A stretch of 64,000 nt of DNA from Acidobacteriota bacterium (GTDB lineage: Bacteria; Acidobacteriota; UBA890; WLXD01), in NCBI GenBank assembly GCA_965205505.1, contig CBDBHB010000009.1, positions 864,001 to 928,000 on the forward strand, given 5' to 3'. The position numbers were made by a program, and so were the translations under genes. The first letter of the stretch is position 1. Each line of letters opens with the position of its first letter. Below the pieces are notes generated by a model. The model did no database searches, was not told where the DNA came from, and saw only the letters and a program-made list of their open reading frames with translations. Below, one piece after another: positions 41,717 through 53,327 of the stretch.

Positions 41717-44420
41717 TCAATCGCGATTGAGCACCGACGCCGGATCGACGCGCGCTGCTCGCCGGGCCGGTACGAGCGCGGCGGCGCAGCCCGCAACGAA
41801 CAGGGCGACCACGACCAGAATGAACGTTGCGGGGTCGGTCGGTCGCACATCGAATAGCAGACCCTCGAGCAGGCGAGTTACTGCCAGCGCAGCGGCCAGA
41901 CCGAGCCCGACGCCGACGACGACCAGGCCGAGACTGCCGCCTACGACCATGCGGCTGATATCGCGGGCGCCGGCCCCGAGCGCCAGCCGTACACCCATCT
42001 CACGCTGACGCAGGCTGACACCGTAGGAGACCACGCCGTACAGGCCGACGACGGCGAGCGTCAGGGCGACCAGTGCGAAGGCCGACATCAGGGTGGCCAC
42101 GAACCGCTCGGCCGCCAGCGAGCCGCCCACCACTGCCTCCATAGTGCCGACATTCGAAGCGGCGAGCAGACTGTCCAAGGCGATGATCTCGCGTCTGACT
42201 GCGGGTGCCATCGAGGTCGGATCACCGGTAGTGCGGATGATCATCGTCATGAATCCCGTTGGAACCTGCGCATACGGAAAGTAGGTGGCGTTGCGCGCAC
42301 TCTGGGCGACGCCGAAGTGCTTGGTGTTGCGTGCGACACCGACGATCGTGCGGTAGGTGGGGTCGTCACCGCTGCCGAAGTAGATACGCTTGCCGACTGG
42401 ATCCGTGTCGTAGAAATAGCGGTTGGCGAGGGTCTCGTTGACGACGACGACGCGCGCTGCTTGCGCATCGTCGGACTCGTTGAAGAACCGGCCGGCGGCG
42501 AGACGCAGCCCCATAGCGTCAAGGTAGCGTGGCGTGACACGGCTGATCCATGAAACCCGTGACTCGCCGGATTCGGCGGGTGCCATTCCCTCGACGTTGA
42601 AGTCCGCGTCGCCGTTGCGGCCACCCAGCGGCAGCGAGCTGACCGCCCCGACGCTCTCCACTCCGGGTAGCGCTCGCACACGGCGCTCCAGCTCCTGGTA
42701 GAAGGTCGCCTGGTCGGTGGCGTTCGCGTATCGGGAGTCGGGTAGATTGAGGCTTACGGTGAGCAGCCGTTCGGTCTCGAAGCCGAGATCTACGGCGTTG
42801 AGCTGCTGGAACGTGCGCAGTAGCAGACCGGCACCAACCAGCATTACCAGCGCCAGCGCCACCTGCACGACCACTAGCGCCGATCGCAGCGGCCGGCCGC
42901 GCGCCGCGCCATCGCCGCTGCGACCGCCCTCCTTGAGTGCTGCCTGCACGTCGGTCCTCGAGGCGCGTAGCGCCGGCAACAAGCCGAACAGTAGCGCCGC
43001 GCCAAGGCTGGCCACGGCAGTGAAGGCCAGCACCCGAGCATCCAGCGTCACGTGCTCGATGCGCGGCGTACCTGGCGGCGCCATCGTGACCAGCAGCCGA
43101 GTGCCCAAGACCCCCAGACCGGCGCCCAGCAGTCCGCCGATGGTCGCCAGTAGAGCGCTCTCCCCCAGCAGCTGACGTACGATGCGATGCCGGCTGGCGC
43201 CGAGCGCCGTTCGCACGCCGATCTCGCCGCTGCGCGACGACGCCTGGGCGAGGAGCAGGTTGGCCACGTTGACGCACGCCATCAGCAGCACGAACCCGAC
43301 CGCACCGAGCAACACCCAAAGCGCCGTCGAGGCCGAGCTGACCAGGTCGTCATGCAGTGGGTAAATCAAGAACCCCTGGTTGGTGTTGGTCTCCGGGAAC
43401 TCGGCTTCCAGCCGTGCGCCGAGCGCGCTCGCGGCCGCCTGGGCAGTGGTTACGTCCACGCCCGTCGCGTAGCCGACCGAGGGCGAGATACGAAGCGCTG
43501 CCGCGACCACCGAAATGCTGCGAGATGTCCTCACGCTGCGGCACCCAGACATCCGCCCGAGGGACGAACGGCGGCTTCAGATCGGCAGGCATGACTCCGA
43601 CGATCGTGTAGGGCTCGCCGTCGAGTTGGATCGTCGTTCCGATGGCGTCGTCGGATGATTGGTAGGCACGCTCCCACAGTGCGTGGCTGAGAACAACGAC
43701 GCGTTCCGCGCCTGGCTTGTCTTCCTCGGGCAGGACGCCACGGCCGACAACGGGTGAAACGCGCAGGACTCGTGAGAGCAGTCCTTGGCTCATCTGCACA
43801 CCGAGGATCTGCTCTGGCTCGTCACCGTGTCCGGTGAGCGTAGGCCCCCAGAAGCTCCAGGTTCCGACCTCCTCGAATACCTCCGAGAGCTGGCGTAGGT
43901 CGTGGAAATCAGGGAAGGACAGCCATTCGCGCTGGCGTCCGTTGATCTTCGTATAGTCGGCCCAGACGGCAACCAGCTGGTGAGGTTCGGGAAAAGGCAA
44001 AGGGCGCAGCAGCACCCCGTCCACGACACTGAAGATCGCCGTGTTGGCGCCGATTCCGAGCGCCAGCGTCAGCACGATAACAATCGAGAAACCGGGGGAG
44101 CGGACCAGAGAACGAGCAGCGAAGCGCAGGTCTTTGAGTAGTAACACGAACATCTGGGCACCGTCCGGGGAGTCGAAGTAGGTTCGATGATGGAGGCGGG
44201 CCGCGCTGCTACGCTGGTCCCGGGTCACACGCCACAGGTCGCGCAGGGTCGATATCCAGAAGCGTGGCAAGGCCAATGACCGGCCCGAATGTCGGGCGGC
44301 ACGATGACCATCGCGGAAGATCGAGAGCATCTCGGCTGCCGCCTCATGCCGGAGCTCAGCCGGGGTCAGTCGCAGCAGCGCCGCGTAGGCGCGCTCTGCA
44401 CGGGTGACGTGCTGCCTCAC
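41717..44420 (-). pseudogene. ADOP-type (duplicated MacB/FtsX) ABC permease with +1 frameshift near 43462
   Basis: TLALGIGANTAIFSVV..LLRPLP in ORF 43350..44420 and GFVLLMACVNVANL in ORF 41717..43552; removing one G of GACGGGCGTG joins them as GRLRDGVDV. Confidence 0.88.
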
Positions 44421-44593
44421 CGCGTCTCCGGTACCGGGACCACCAGATCAACGTTAGCCCGTCGGACCAGCTCGGCCAGGCGCCGAGCCTCCGCGGTGGC
44501 CACTTCGTTGCCGGCGGGGGTCAGCCGATAGTACTGGCGACGCGCGTCTTCTCCTTCGTCGACCGTGCTGGTGTGCTCGATCAAACCGCGCGC
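44052..44593. repeat. 542-bp direct repeat, copy 1 (permease 5' end + padR 3' end)
   Basis: Aligns ungapped to 54731..55272 with about 10 substitutions by manual count. Confidence 0.95.
44417..44593 (-). pseudogene. 3' half of a PadR regulator
   Basis: ARGLIE..RRQYYRLTPAG, nearly identical to the C-terminus of 55096..55458. Confidence 0.9.
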
Positions 44594-45885
44594 CGCCCAG
44601 GAGTCGGGGCTCGATGCGGGCGTTGTTGCCGAAGTGGCTGCCGTGGTGGCGGACGCGGGCACCCGGTTGGCCACCCACAGTTGGCGCAGCGCTGCCGCCG
44701 GCAACGAGGGGGGCTGGCAAGTGGCGCGCACGCTGATGCTCCTCAACGCGCTGACCGGATCGGTGGCGACGCCCGGCGGTACCTACCCGAACGCCTGGAA
44801 CAAGTTCGTACCCCGGCCCATCCACGCACCGAGTCATCCCAAGACATGGAACGAGCTCAACTGGCCGCGGCAGTACCCGCTGTCGATGTACGAGCTGTCG
44901 TTCCTGTTGCCGCACTTGATGCGCGAGCAGAACGGACATCTCGACGTCTACTTCACCCGCGTATATAACCCGGTGTGGACTAATCCCGACGGCTTTTCGT
45001 GGATCGAGATGCTGAGCGACGAGGCCAAAGTGGGGCTCTACGTAGCGCTCACGCCGACCTGGAACGAAACCGCTTACTTCGCCGACTACGTGCTGCCGAT
45101 GGGCCACGGATCGGAGCGTCACGACATTCACTCCTATGAGACCCACGACGCCCAGTGGCTGGGCTTTCGCCAGCCGGTGACGCGTGCTGCCCGCGAGCGT
45201 CTGGGTGAAGTCGTCACCGATACCCGGCAGGTCAACCCCGGCGAGGTATGGGAGGAGAACGAGTTCTGGATCGATCTGACTTGGCGCATCGACCCCGACG
45301 GCGATCTCGGCATCCGCTGGTTCGCGGAGTCGAAAGCGCGGCCGGGCGAGAAGCTGACCGTCGACGAGTACTACGGACGGCCACATCTTCGACAACTCGG
45401 TTCCGGGCCTGCCGGAGGCGGCCAAGGCCGAGGACCTCACGCCGTTGCAGTACATGCGGCGTTACGGTGCCTTCGAGCTGTCCGACCATGTCGGCCCGCT
45501 CTACGAGGAAGAGGTTGCCGGCGATCAGCTGGTCGATATCGGCGAGGATCTCTTCGGTCGCGTCTACACCGCGGCCCCCGCCCCGGCGCCCGACAACCTC
45601 GTGCCCACCGGCGTCCCGGACCCTGATGAGGAAGGTCGCCGCCCCGCCGGCGTGCGCGTCGACGGCGTCGTCCGGCGCGGCTTCCCGACGCCGAGCGGGC
45701 GACTCGAGTTCTATTCATCGACGCTGGCGCAGTGGGGCTGGCCGCAGTTCGCGCTGCCCACCTACATCCGCAGCCATGTGCATCCCGACAACCTTGCCGA
45801 CGGGCAGGTGCCCTTGATCTCGACGTTCAGGCTGCCGGTGCAGATTCACACGCGCTCGGCCAACGCCAAGTGGCTCGACGAGATC
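44594..45885 (+). pseudogene. Internal fragment of a molybdopterin-dependent oxidoreductase, frameshifted at ~45377
   Basis: LNALTGSVATPGG, YNPVWTNPD, WNETAYFADYVLP, GFPTPSGRLEFYS, HTRSANAKWLDEI; both ends missing; ACGG duplication at 45373..45380. Confidence 0.85.
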
Positions 45886-46190
45886 CCGGCCGCAATGCCC
45901 TTGGCCTTGTCAAACACGCTCTTCCAGGTATCCCCCTCTCCGCGAGCGGCCGTCGTGCACCGCTCTCCGCCCAGCAAGTACCACGGGTTGAGGAACTCGT
46001 CGCACGCGCTTTCCCGGTCGTCGCTGTCTCCGATTAGATCCATCCCCGAGGCGAAGCTAGCGCCCCGCTCGCTGCTCAGATAAAAGCCACTGCTCGCCTG
46101 TGCCCAGGCCGGGCCAACACTAACGCCGATAAACGCGACCAGCAGTACGCAGGTCCGTAGGATCAGTGCTCTGAAAGACCGTTTGTGCAT
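45882..46190 (-). pseudogene. 5' fragment of a probable outer-membrane beta-barrel protein
   Basis: Signal peptide (AWA-Q), GFYLS, CDEFLNP; runs into the oxidoreductase fragment after ~100 codons. Confidence 0.6.
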
Positions 46191-46256
46191 CGCTTACTTC
46201 CCTACTAGAGGGGATACCGTAGGGTTGCTTTATTGGAGTTCCCCATGGTCATGCCT

Positions 46257-49160
46257 TCATCCATCTAACTGGAAGCCCCAGTCATAGTTGACGCGCGCGT
46301 AGTAGTAAGCTCCGTTAAAGCCGAACGGCGAAAACTGGCCGTAGTAGTTACCTGTCCCGGCTGCAGCCAGTGGATTGACCTCCGGGTGCGTGTTCAGGAG
46401 GTTCTGGGCCCCTGTAGAGAAAGTGAGATGGTCGTTAATCGGTACGTCGAACACGACATCGAGGAGCGCCTTGCCCGCGTACAACTCGTACAGGTAAGAC
46501 ATATCGGGGTTGCCGAGCGTTGCGGACGCCCAGGCTCTGGCGTCCTCCCGGTCCCAGTATTTGCCGAAGAAGTTCATGCGTGCCATCAGGCTCCACCCGG
46601 GGGCCGTGTGGTCAACGGCGATGTTCCATCGCATCTGGGGCAACCCGCGTTCGATTGCGCTGCGACGGTCGTCGTCGATGGTGTCGGACGTGAAGGACGT
46701 GATCTTGGTCGAGGTGTAGTTGAAAACGACGCTAAAGAGAGTTTCGCCGCCCAGCCCTGTCGTGGCGTAGGTCGACACGACATCGACACCTTCCGTCTTG
46801 GTCGCGAAGTCGTTCACGAAGAAGCGGAACTTCTGCAGGTTGGCCGCCTCGGCGAACCCGCCCGCAATCAACGACATGGTCTCATCCGCCGTGAGCGAGA
46901 AGTTCTTCGTGATGGTGAGACGATCCGAGACGTTGATCCGGAAGTAGTCGGCGGTAAACGTGAAGGGGCCGGTGTCGACGACCGCGCCGCCCGAATAGTT
47001 GATTGACGTTTCAGGCTGGAGTGGTTTCCCTCCCCGCAGCGCCGCAGCCGGGGAGATCGATGGAATCGTGCCGTTATTGACAAGATCCATGAGTGCGAAG
47101 TCGTACTCGGTCGTCACGTTGAACGCATTCTGCTGCCCCGGGGTGGGCGCACGGAACCCGCTACTGATCGCCGAGCGCAAGGCGACAGTATCGCTAAATT
47201 CGTACCGTCCGGCGAGTTTGCTGTTCATCGTGGTACCGAAACCTTGGAAATCTTCGATCCGGACGGCGGCGCCCAGGGTCCACTCATTGGCTGCGTCGCT
47301 CACCTCGACATCGCCGTAGACCGCGACGTTGGAACGGTTCCAGGTGCCGGAGTTCTCGGGCCGGGTGCCGTTGTAGCCGTTGGACCCGGAGCTGAATCCC
47401 TGCGATGCATAGGGGCCGATGGCCCATGAGGCGGGGTCGCCGGCACCGAGATGGTACTGCTCCTGGCGCCACTCGGCGCCGCCCGCCACGTTGACCGTAT
47501 CGCTTGCGACATAGGATAGGTCGAGGTTCACGCTGAGATCGGTCTGCCGCAACAAGTTCGGCCTGAACTGAGTCGGGCTTTCTGGGCCGAGGGAGGCGTT
47601 CACGGTGTCATAGATGAACGTATCGACCTCGTTCCGGCCCCAGCTCACGCTCGCGTCCCAGGTAAGACCGTTGGCCATGAATCCGCGTATACCGGTAACC
47701 ACCGACGCGTCGAACAGGTCACCGCCGAACTGTGGCGTGAACCCTCCTGGAAGGCCACCGGGCGAGCCCGAGAAGGGTTGATGGAACGTGAAACAGTTCG
47801 GGTCATTGACAACCTGGCCGAAGGCGGCCGGGTCGGGAGCATTGTCGGTGATGCCTACCATCGGACAGTTGGCCGAACCCTGGCCGTTAGCGGCTAGCAC
47901 GTCGCCGACGAGCAACGTGTCGCCGCCGTCGATGCTGAAAACCGAGCCGCGGGTATTCGGGTTTCGGTAGTAGAAGCCGCCGGTCACCTTCTTGCTCGCG
48001 TAGTTGCTGTGGGCATACCACTGCAGCCTGTTGGCGAACAGGTAGCCGAAATTGCCGAAGACCTTCAGGTCGTCCTCGATCTTCGGTACGCCCCAGACCT
48101 GGGCAGGGTCTCGAACGTCCAGGTTGCCGGCTGCCCGGAGCGCCGCAGCATCGTCACGCTGGATGGCGCGGTTGGTCGGGCCCACGTTGCCGTATTCCAC
48201 GCTCAGGTTTGCGAACCCAGTTGCACCCAGCGGCAACCCAACGTTGCCGGCGACGGTGTATGCACCGCCATGGCCGCCGATGCCGTTACAGGACGTGCCG
48301 GGAATCCCGCAGGTGCCTTGGTCGCCTGTGTTGACGTCGAAGAACCGTCCGGTGCGTAACTGTATGCTGCCGCCGGAGCGGGCCTCCTTGAGCTGGAAGT
48401 TCATAACGCCGGCGATCGCATCCGATCCGTACTGCGCCGAGGCGCCGTCGCGAAGCACCTCGACCTGCCGCAGCGCGATGGAGGGGATGACCGAGATATC
48501 CGGACCTTGTGAACCGTCCGAGAGCCCGTTGCCGAGCCAGGTGATGACCGCGGCGCGGTGGCGACGCTTACCGTTCACCAGGACGAGCGTGTGGTCGGGC
48601 GCCAGGCCGCGCAGGTTGGCCGGTCGGACGATCGAGGCCGCATCGCTGATCGGCTGCGTGTTGACGTTGAAGGAAGGCACAGAGGTTCGCAATTGGTTGG
48701 TGATATCGCCGTCACCTTGGCTAGCGAGCTCATCGGCGGTGATGACGTCGACGGGCACGGCGGACTCGGTCGCCGATCGTGGCTGGGCACGACTGCCGAC
48801 AACGACCACTTCCTCGTGGAGTTGCACGGACATCTCGATATCGACAGTTACTGTCGCCCCGGCGGTGAGATCCACATCCTCGCGCACGACTGTGCCGAAG
48901 CTGGGCAGGCTGAACGTCGCGTCGTACACACCAGGCGGCAGGGCGATGGTGAACTTGCCGTCGTTGTCGGTGAACGTGGACCGCCGGACCTCACCGCCAG
49001 GCATTGCGCTGCGCACCTGCACGTTGACACCAGGCAGCCTGTGCTGCGCGATGGTAACCGTGCCAGAAATCACCGCGTCTTGCTGGGCGGCGGAGACAAC
49101 AGGCACAAATAGGAGGGCGGTGAAAACCAGCCCACCAACGACGGATTGATAGGATCTCAT
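46257..49160 (-). CDS. TonB-dependent receptor with N-terminal carboxypeptidase-regulatory-like domain
   Basis: EEVVVVGSR, LRGLAPDHTLVLVNGKR, EVLRDGASAQYGSDAIAGV, SSGFRAP, GAQNLLN. Confidence 0.95.
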   Translation of the reverse strand: MRSYQSVVGGLVFTALLFVPVVSAAQQDAVISGTVTIAQHRLPGVNVQVRSAMPGGEVRRSTFTDNDGKFTIALPPGVYDATFSLPSFGTVVREDVDLTAGATVTVDIEMSVQLHEEVVVVGSRAQPRSATESAVPVDVITADELASQGDGDITNQLRTSVPSFNVNTQPISDAASIVRPANLRGLAPDHTLVLVNGKRRHRAAVITWLGNGLSDGSQGPDISVIPSIALRQVEVLRDGASAQYGSDAIAGVMNFQLKEARSGGSIQLRTGRFFDVNTGDQGTCGIPGTSCNGIGGHGGAYTVAGNVGLPLGATGFANLSVEYGNVGPTNRAIQRDDAAALRAAGNLDVRDPAQVWGVPKIEDDLKVFGNFGYLFANRLQWYAHSNYASKKVTGGFYYRNPNTRGSVFSIDGGDTLLVGDVLAANGQGSANCPMVGITDNAPDPAAFGQVVNDPNCFTFHQPFSGSPGGLPGGFTPQFGGDLFDASVVTGIRGFMANGLTWDASVSWGRNEVDTFIYDTVNASLGPESPTQFRPNLLRQTDLSVNLDLSYVASDTVNVAGGAEWRQEQYHLGAGDPASWAIGPYASQGFSSGSNGYNGTRPENSGTWNRSNVAVYGDVEVSDAANEWTLGAAVRIEDFQGFGTTMNSKLAGRYEFSDTVALRSAISSGFRAPTPGQQNAFNVTTEYDFALMDLVNNGTIPSISPAAALRGGKPLQPETSINYSGGAVVDTGPFTFTADYFRINVSDRLTITKNFSLTADETMSLIAGGFAEAANLQKFRFFVNDFATKTEGVDVVSTYATTGLGGETLFSVVFNYTSTKITSFTSDTIDDDRRSAIERGLPQMRWNIAVDHTAPGWSLMARMNFFGKYWDREDARAWASATLGNPDMSYLYELYAGKALLDVVFDVPINDHLTFSTGAQNLLNTHPEVNPLAAAGTGNYYGQFSPFGFNGAYYYARVNYDWGFQLDG

Positions 49161-49556
49161 ATCTACCTCAGACGTATCCGGGAATGTTGCGGCAAAACGG
49201 ATCATCGTAGCCTTTACGCAGCAGTGGATAATACCATCCTAAAGGGTACGTATCCGTCCCTGGTTCGGTGACTCCTGGGGTCGGTGGGAGCTGGGTCGTA
49301 GTCAACGGGCTTCTTTGCGCGACCAGATTCAAACTCAGCCACTACCGTCCGATCCCTCTTAGGTATACACGTATATAATTCCCTAAAGAGTAGGCGCGAT
49401 CAAGAATACCCTCGAGGAAGTAACGGACCCCAGACTCCGAATCGACGATCCCATCAACGTGAAGAAGTCCAAGAAAGTGAAGAGACACAGGACGCCGAAA
49501 GTCCAAATAGTAGGCTTCATCGAGTAGCCTGATCTCGGGCAAGGAGAGTCGCTGTA

Positions 49557-51321
49557 ATGGTCGGTCGGACCATTGCGCACTACGAGATTACGGCTAGGAT
49601 CGCCCAAGGCGGTATGGGCGTCGTATACAGAGCCGTCGATCACAAGCTCGACCGCGCCGTAGCGATCAAGGTGATGCGCGAGGACGTGACCTCCGCGCTC
49701 AACTCCGCCAGATTCCTCCGCGAGTCGCGGATCGTCGCCCGCCTCCAGCATCCCAACATCCTGCCGGTCTACGATTCCGGTGAGGAAGAAGGGCTCCTGT
49801 TCTACGTGATGCCGCTCGTCGAGGGGGAGACTCTCGCGCAACGGTTGGCCCACGAGCGGCGCCTGCCGATCGATAAGGCCCTGCAGATCACGCGTGACAT
49901 TGTCGAGGCGCTTGCTTATGCGCACGCGCGGGAAATCGTGCATCGCGATGTCAAACTGTCCAATGTGCTCCTCTCTAGTGGGCGTGCCATGCTCGCTGAT
50001 TCCGGCGTAGCTGTCGCGCTGGGATCACGGCAGGACGACAAGCTAACCGGTACGGGCTTTGTGCTGGGAACTTCTTCGTATATGAGCCCCGAGCAGGCAA
50101 GCGGAAGCCTCGAGATCGGCGGGCGCAGCGATCTCTACAGCGTTGGTTGCGTACTTTTTGAGATGCTGACCGGAGCACCTCCGTTCACAGGAGAGACTCC
50201 TGCGGCGATTCTCAAGGGTCACCTGTTGGACGCGCCGACTATGCTGCGGACCGTCCGACCGCAAGTACCCGTTGCCGTCGAAGTAGCGGTCGATCGGGTC
50301 CTTTCGAAGAAAGCCGCAGATCGGTTTCCCAACGCCCGACGGTTCTTGGATGCCCTTGCAGGCGAAAGTGAAGGGATGCCCGAGGTGCAAACGGATGCGG
50401 TGACGATAGGTGCCGGCGACCCCGTCGCCGTTGCTCGCCCGACAGCGGCGTCTCTCACATTTCGGCAGGCCATGGCGGGGGGCCTGACCCTCGGGCTGGT
50501 CGTTGCTGTCGCGCTTTGGATGTTCCTTCCACTGGGACAGCCGGCCGTGAGCGAAACACCGTTGCCGATTGTCGCCGTTCTTCCATTCGAGAATCTCACC
50601 GGAGACGCGTCGCTCGATCACGTGGGAATCGGAACTGCCCATGCGCTGGTGTCGGCGCTCTCGACACTGTCCGGCGTTACCGCGATTTCTCGCGCCGCGA
50701 CCCTTCAGTACGGCGCCGACAGCACGAACGTAACCGAGTTGGCGCGAGGCCTTGGCGCAACCTTCGTCGTTCAGGGGGTGGTGCAGGCGGTGGCGGCGCG
50801 GATACAGGTCACGGCGAGTGTGGTTCGCTCGGACGAATCGGTCATCTGGGGACAATCCTACGAAGGCGGTCTTGAGGATTTGTTCGATATGCAGCGCAGG
50901 CTTTTTAGAGGCGTTAGCCAGGCTCTCCAGGTGAGTCTCCGGCCGGAGGACCTTGAACGGTTCAATCAGCCGCCTACGCGCAACAGAAATGCCTACGCCG
51001 AGTACTCGCAGGGTCGGGCCTTTCTGGAGCGCACGGACGTTGCCGGTAAACTCCAGCGAGGAGCTCGCCTTTTCGAGAGTGCGATCAGGCGCGACCCGAG
51101 CTTTGCGTTGGCTCACGCGGGTCTTGCGGAGTCTTTTTGGGAAACGTATCGAGATACCTTGGATCAACAGTGGGTCGAACGTGCCATGGATTCGGCGGAA
51201 GAGGCTCGACGCCTCGAGCCAACGCGCCCGGAAGTCCGCCAGACACTCGCCGTGATCTACGAAGGGATGGGACGTTACGAAGAGGCGCTGCTGGAATTGG
51301 ACGGTGCGCTCGAGCTGCAGC
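49557..51321 (+). pseudogene. Ser/Thr kinase-TolB-like-TPR protein truncated by IS21
   Basis: GGMGVVY, VAIK, HRDVK, YMSPEQ, VAVLPFEN, TPRs; the IS end starts at 51322 and supplies the stop; DFG is replaced by DSG. Confidence 0.88.
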
Positions 51322-51463
51322 TGGTAGCGGCAGACTGAAAAGGGACCCCGTGGCGGGTTGAAAAGGGACCCCCTGAGAAGCGCTGGACTGGCCCCCCCTG
51401 GTGGGGTAGCGAGACGGAAGCAATAGAGCGTTTCGGATACCCGATCCAGGAGGACCCGAGGAG

Positions 51464-52092
51464 GTGATCAGAGTGTCTCAGTGGGCCGAGATTCGGCACA
51501 TGCACGTCGTGGATGGGATCGCCAAGAAGGAGATAGCCCGACGGCTGGAGGTAAACATCAAGACCGTGCGTCGGGCGCTGGACAAAGACGAGGCGCCGCT
51601 GCTGCGGGCAACGCCCCGGCGTGGGCGGCGGCTGGATCCGTGGCGGGAGCAGATCGAGGGCTGGTTGAAAGCCGATACGCCCGTTCGTTCCGACAGGGAG
51701 CCAAGGTGCTGGAGCCGCTACACGTGCTGCCGTTGCTGGAGCGCAAGCACCGGGCGGTGGGCGAGGCGACGGCGCTGCAGGGCTGGGAGCTGCCCGAGGC
51801 GTTCGGCGAGCTCAGAAGACAGCTCCACCAGTGCACCCGCAAACCGGACCGGGAATGGGTGAAGGTGCTGCGGCTGTTGGAGGAGCACGAGCAGCCCGAG
51901 GTGGAAGCCGCGGTCCAGGAGGCGCTACGGAGCGGATCGCCCCGCTACGAGACCGTGCGCTTGTTGCTACGTCGAGCACAGCGGGCGGGGATGCCCCAGG
52001 TACGCCCGGTGCCGGTACGCGCTGAGCTGGCGGCGATGAGGGTCCCAGAGCCGGTGCTGGAGGCGTACGACGTGCTCTGGAGGACAAGCTGA
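51464..52092 (+). pseudogene. istA: IstA transposase with catalytic core deleted
   Basis: N-terminal HTH (KEIARRLEVNIKTVRRAL) joined out of frame at ~51676 to the C-terminal part (HVLPLLERKHRA..YDVL). Confidence 0.88.
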
Positions 52093-52871
52093 TGGCGGTG
52101 GCCAAGATCCAGGAGCCACCGCATCTGCTGGAGGATCTGCGGACCCTGTACCTGACGAGCATGGCCTCACAGTGGCGAACGGTGGCGGAGCAGGCACGCA
52201 GCCACCGGCAACCCTATGCGGAGTTCTTGGCCGATCTGGCGAGGCTCGAGGTAACGGGTCGGCGAGAGCGACGCATCCAGCGGCGCGTGAAGGAGGCGCG
52301 CTTCCCGATGCTCAAGACGCTGGATGCCTTCCAGTTCGAGGCGCAGCCGACGCTGGATCGGGACGAGGTGCTGGAGTTGTTCCGCTGCGAGTGGGTCCGA
52401 GAGGCGGCCAATGTGGTGTTCGTCGGCTCCGTCGGTACCGGCAAGACCCACCTGGCGATCGCGCTCGGGATGGCCTGCTGCCAGCAGGACTACCGGGTGA
52501 AGTTCACCACCGCTGCCGAGCTCACCAACATACTCGTGGAGGCCAAGCAGGACGGCCGGCTGTCCAGAAAGCTCGAGCAGATGGCGCGCTACGACGTGGT
52601 CATCCTCGATGAGCTCGGCTACGTGCCGTTCGACAAGCAAGGAGCCGATCTACTGTTCCGCTTCATCACCCGGGTGTACGAGCGCCGCTCCGTGGTGGTG
52701 ACCACGAACCTGCCGTTCGCCAAGTGGTCCGAGGTGTTCTTGGATGCCACGGCGGCCGCTGCGGTGATCGACCGGATCGTGCACCACGCTACCGTGCTCA
52801 AGACCGAAGGCAACAGCTACCGACTCAGGGCCGCTAAGGACAGAGGCCGACGTCGAAAGGGAGGACCATAA
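52092..52871 (+). CDS. istB: IstB AAA+ helper ATPase
   Basis: GSVGTGKTHLA, ILDELGY, YERRS, TTNLPF, IDRIVHH, SYRL. Confidence 0.96.
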   Translation: MAVAKIQEPPHLLEDLRTLYLTSMASQWRTVAEQARSHRQPYAEFLADLARLEVTGRRERRIQRRVKEARFPMLKTLDAFQFEAQPTLDRDEVLELFRCEWVREAANVVFVGSVGTGKTHLAIALGMACCQQDYRVKFTTAAELTNILVEAKQDGRLSRKLEQMARYDVVILDELGYVPFDKQGADLLFRFITRVYERRSVVVTTNLPFAKWSEVFLDATAAAAVIDRIVHHATVLKTEGNSYRLRAAKDRGRRRKGGP

Positions 52872-52984
52872 CGCTGCAGGACCCCGCGGCCGTGGAAACC
52901 GCCTCTACGACTACATAGGGGGTCCCTTTTTAACCCGCCGCAAAGGTCCCTTTACGACTTGCCATTACCAGTAGGACACCCAAA

Positions 52985-53017
52985 GGCGCAACGGTTTCGC
53001 TCCGGGCGCTCTTTTTT
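52985..53017 (+). terminator. Possible intrinsic terminator
   Basis: Imperfect GC hairpin followed by TTTTTT. Confidence 0.4.
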
Positions 53018-53327
53018 ACCCATGAGACAGCACCGGCACGATGGTCTGGATCGGGGCGGGCAACCTGGAGTGCGGCCCGGGCCCACTGATCGATGGGGAC
53101 AGCAGCATCAGGCCCAGGATGACGGCCGGAATCAGCGTCAGTGCACGGCCCGAAAGGTTGATCCTGGGCGAGCGGAGATCGCCCATCCGCACGTTGCCGA
53201 GCTCACCTCTGTCCATATCATCTCTCCGTAGGCACGGGGGCGGTGGGGTAGACACGTCTTCAGGGTAGCGTGCGTGGCCGTGTGCCAACCCACTTCAGCT
53301 GGCAGGGAACCGACCCGGTACTGCTCC

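Larger units (their letters stand above)
51322..52970 (+). mobile_element. IS21-family element, internally deleted
   Basis: TG...CA ends TGGTAGCGGCAG / TTGCCATTACCA, each with two AAAGGGACC sub-repeats; istA remnant + istB; no target duplication visible. Confidence 0.92.

Noticed and set aside
43455-43470. Programmed frameshift in the permease (also at 55717 in the IS110 gene)
   Set aside because: No slippery heptamer or stimulatory structure; mutation or sequencing error is simpler
49161-49545. Riboswitch upstream of the TonB receptor; small hydrophobic ORF 49383..49520
   Set aside because: No cobalamin/TPP consensus recognised; the ORF lacks support. An Rfam scan would settle it.
53016-53288. 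90-aa ORF with a hydrophobic segment downstream of the integrase
   Set aside because: No motif or clear RBS; competing frames are equally plausible
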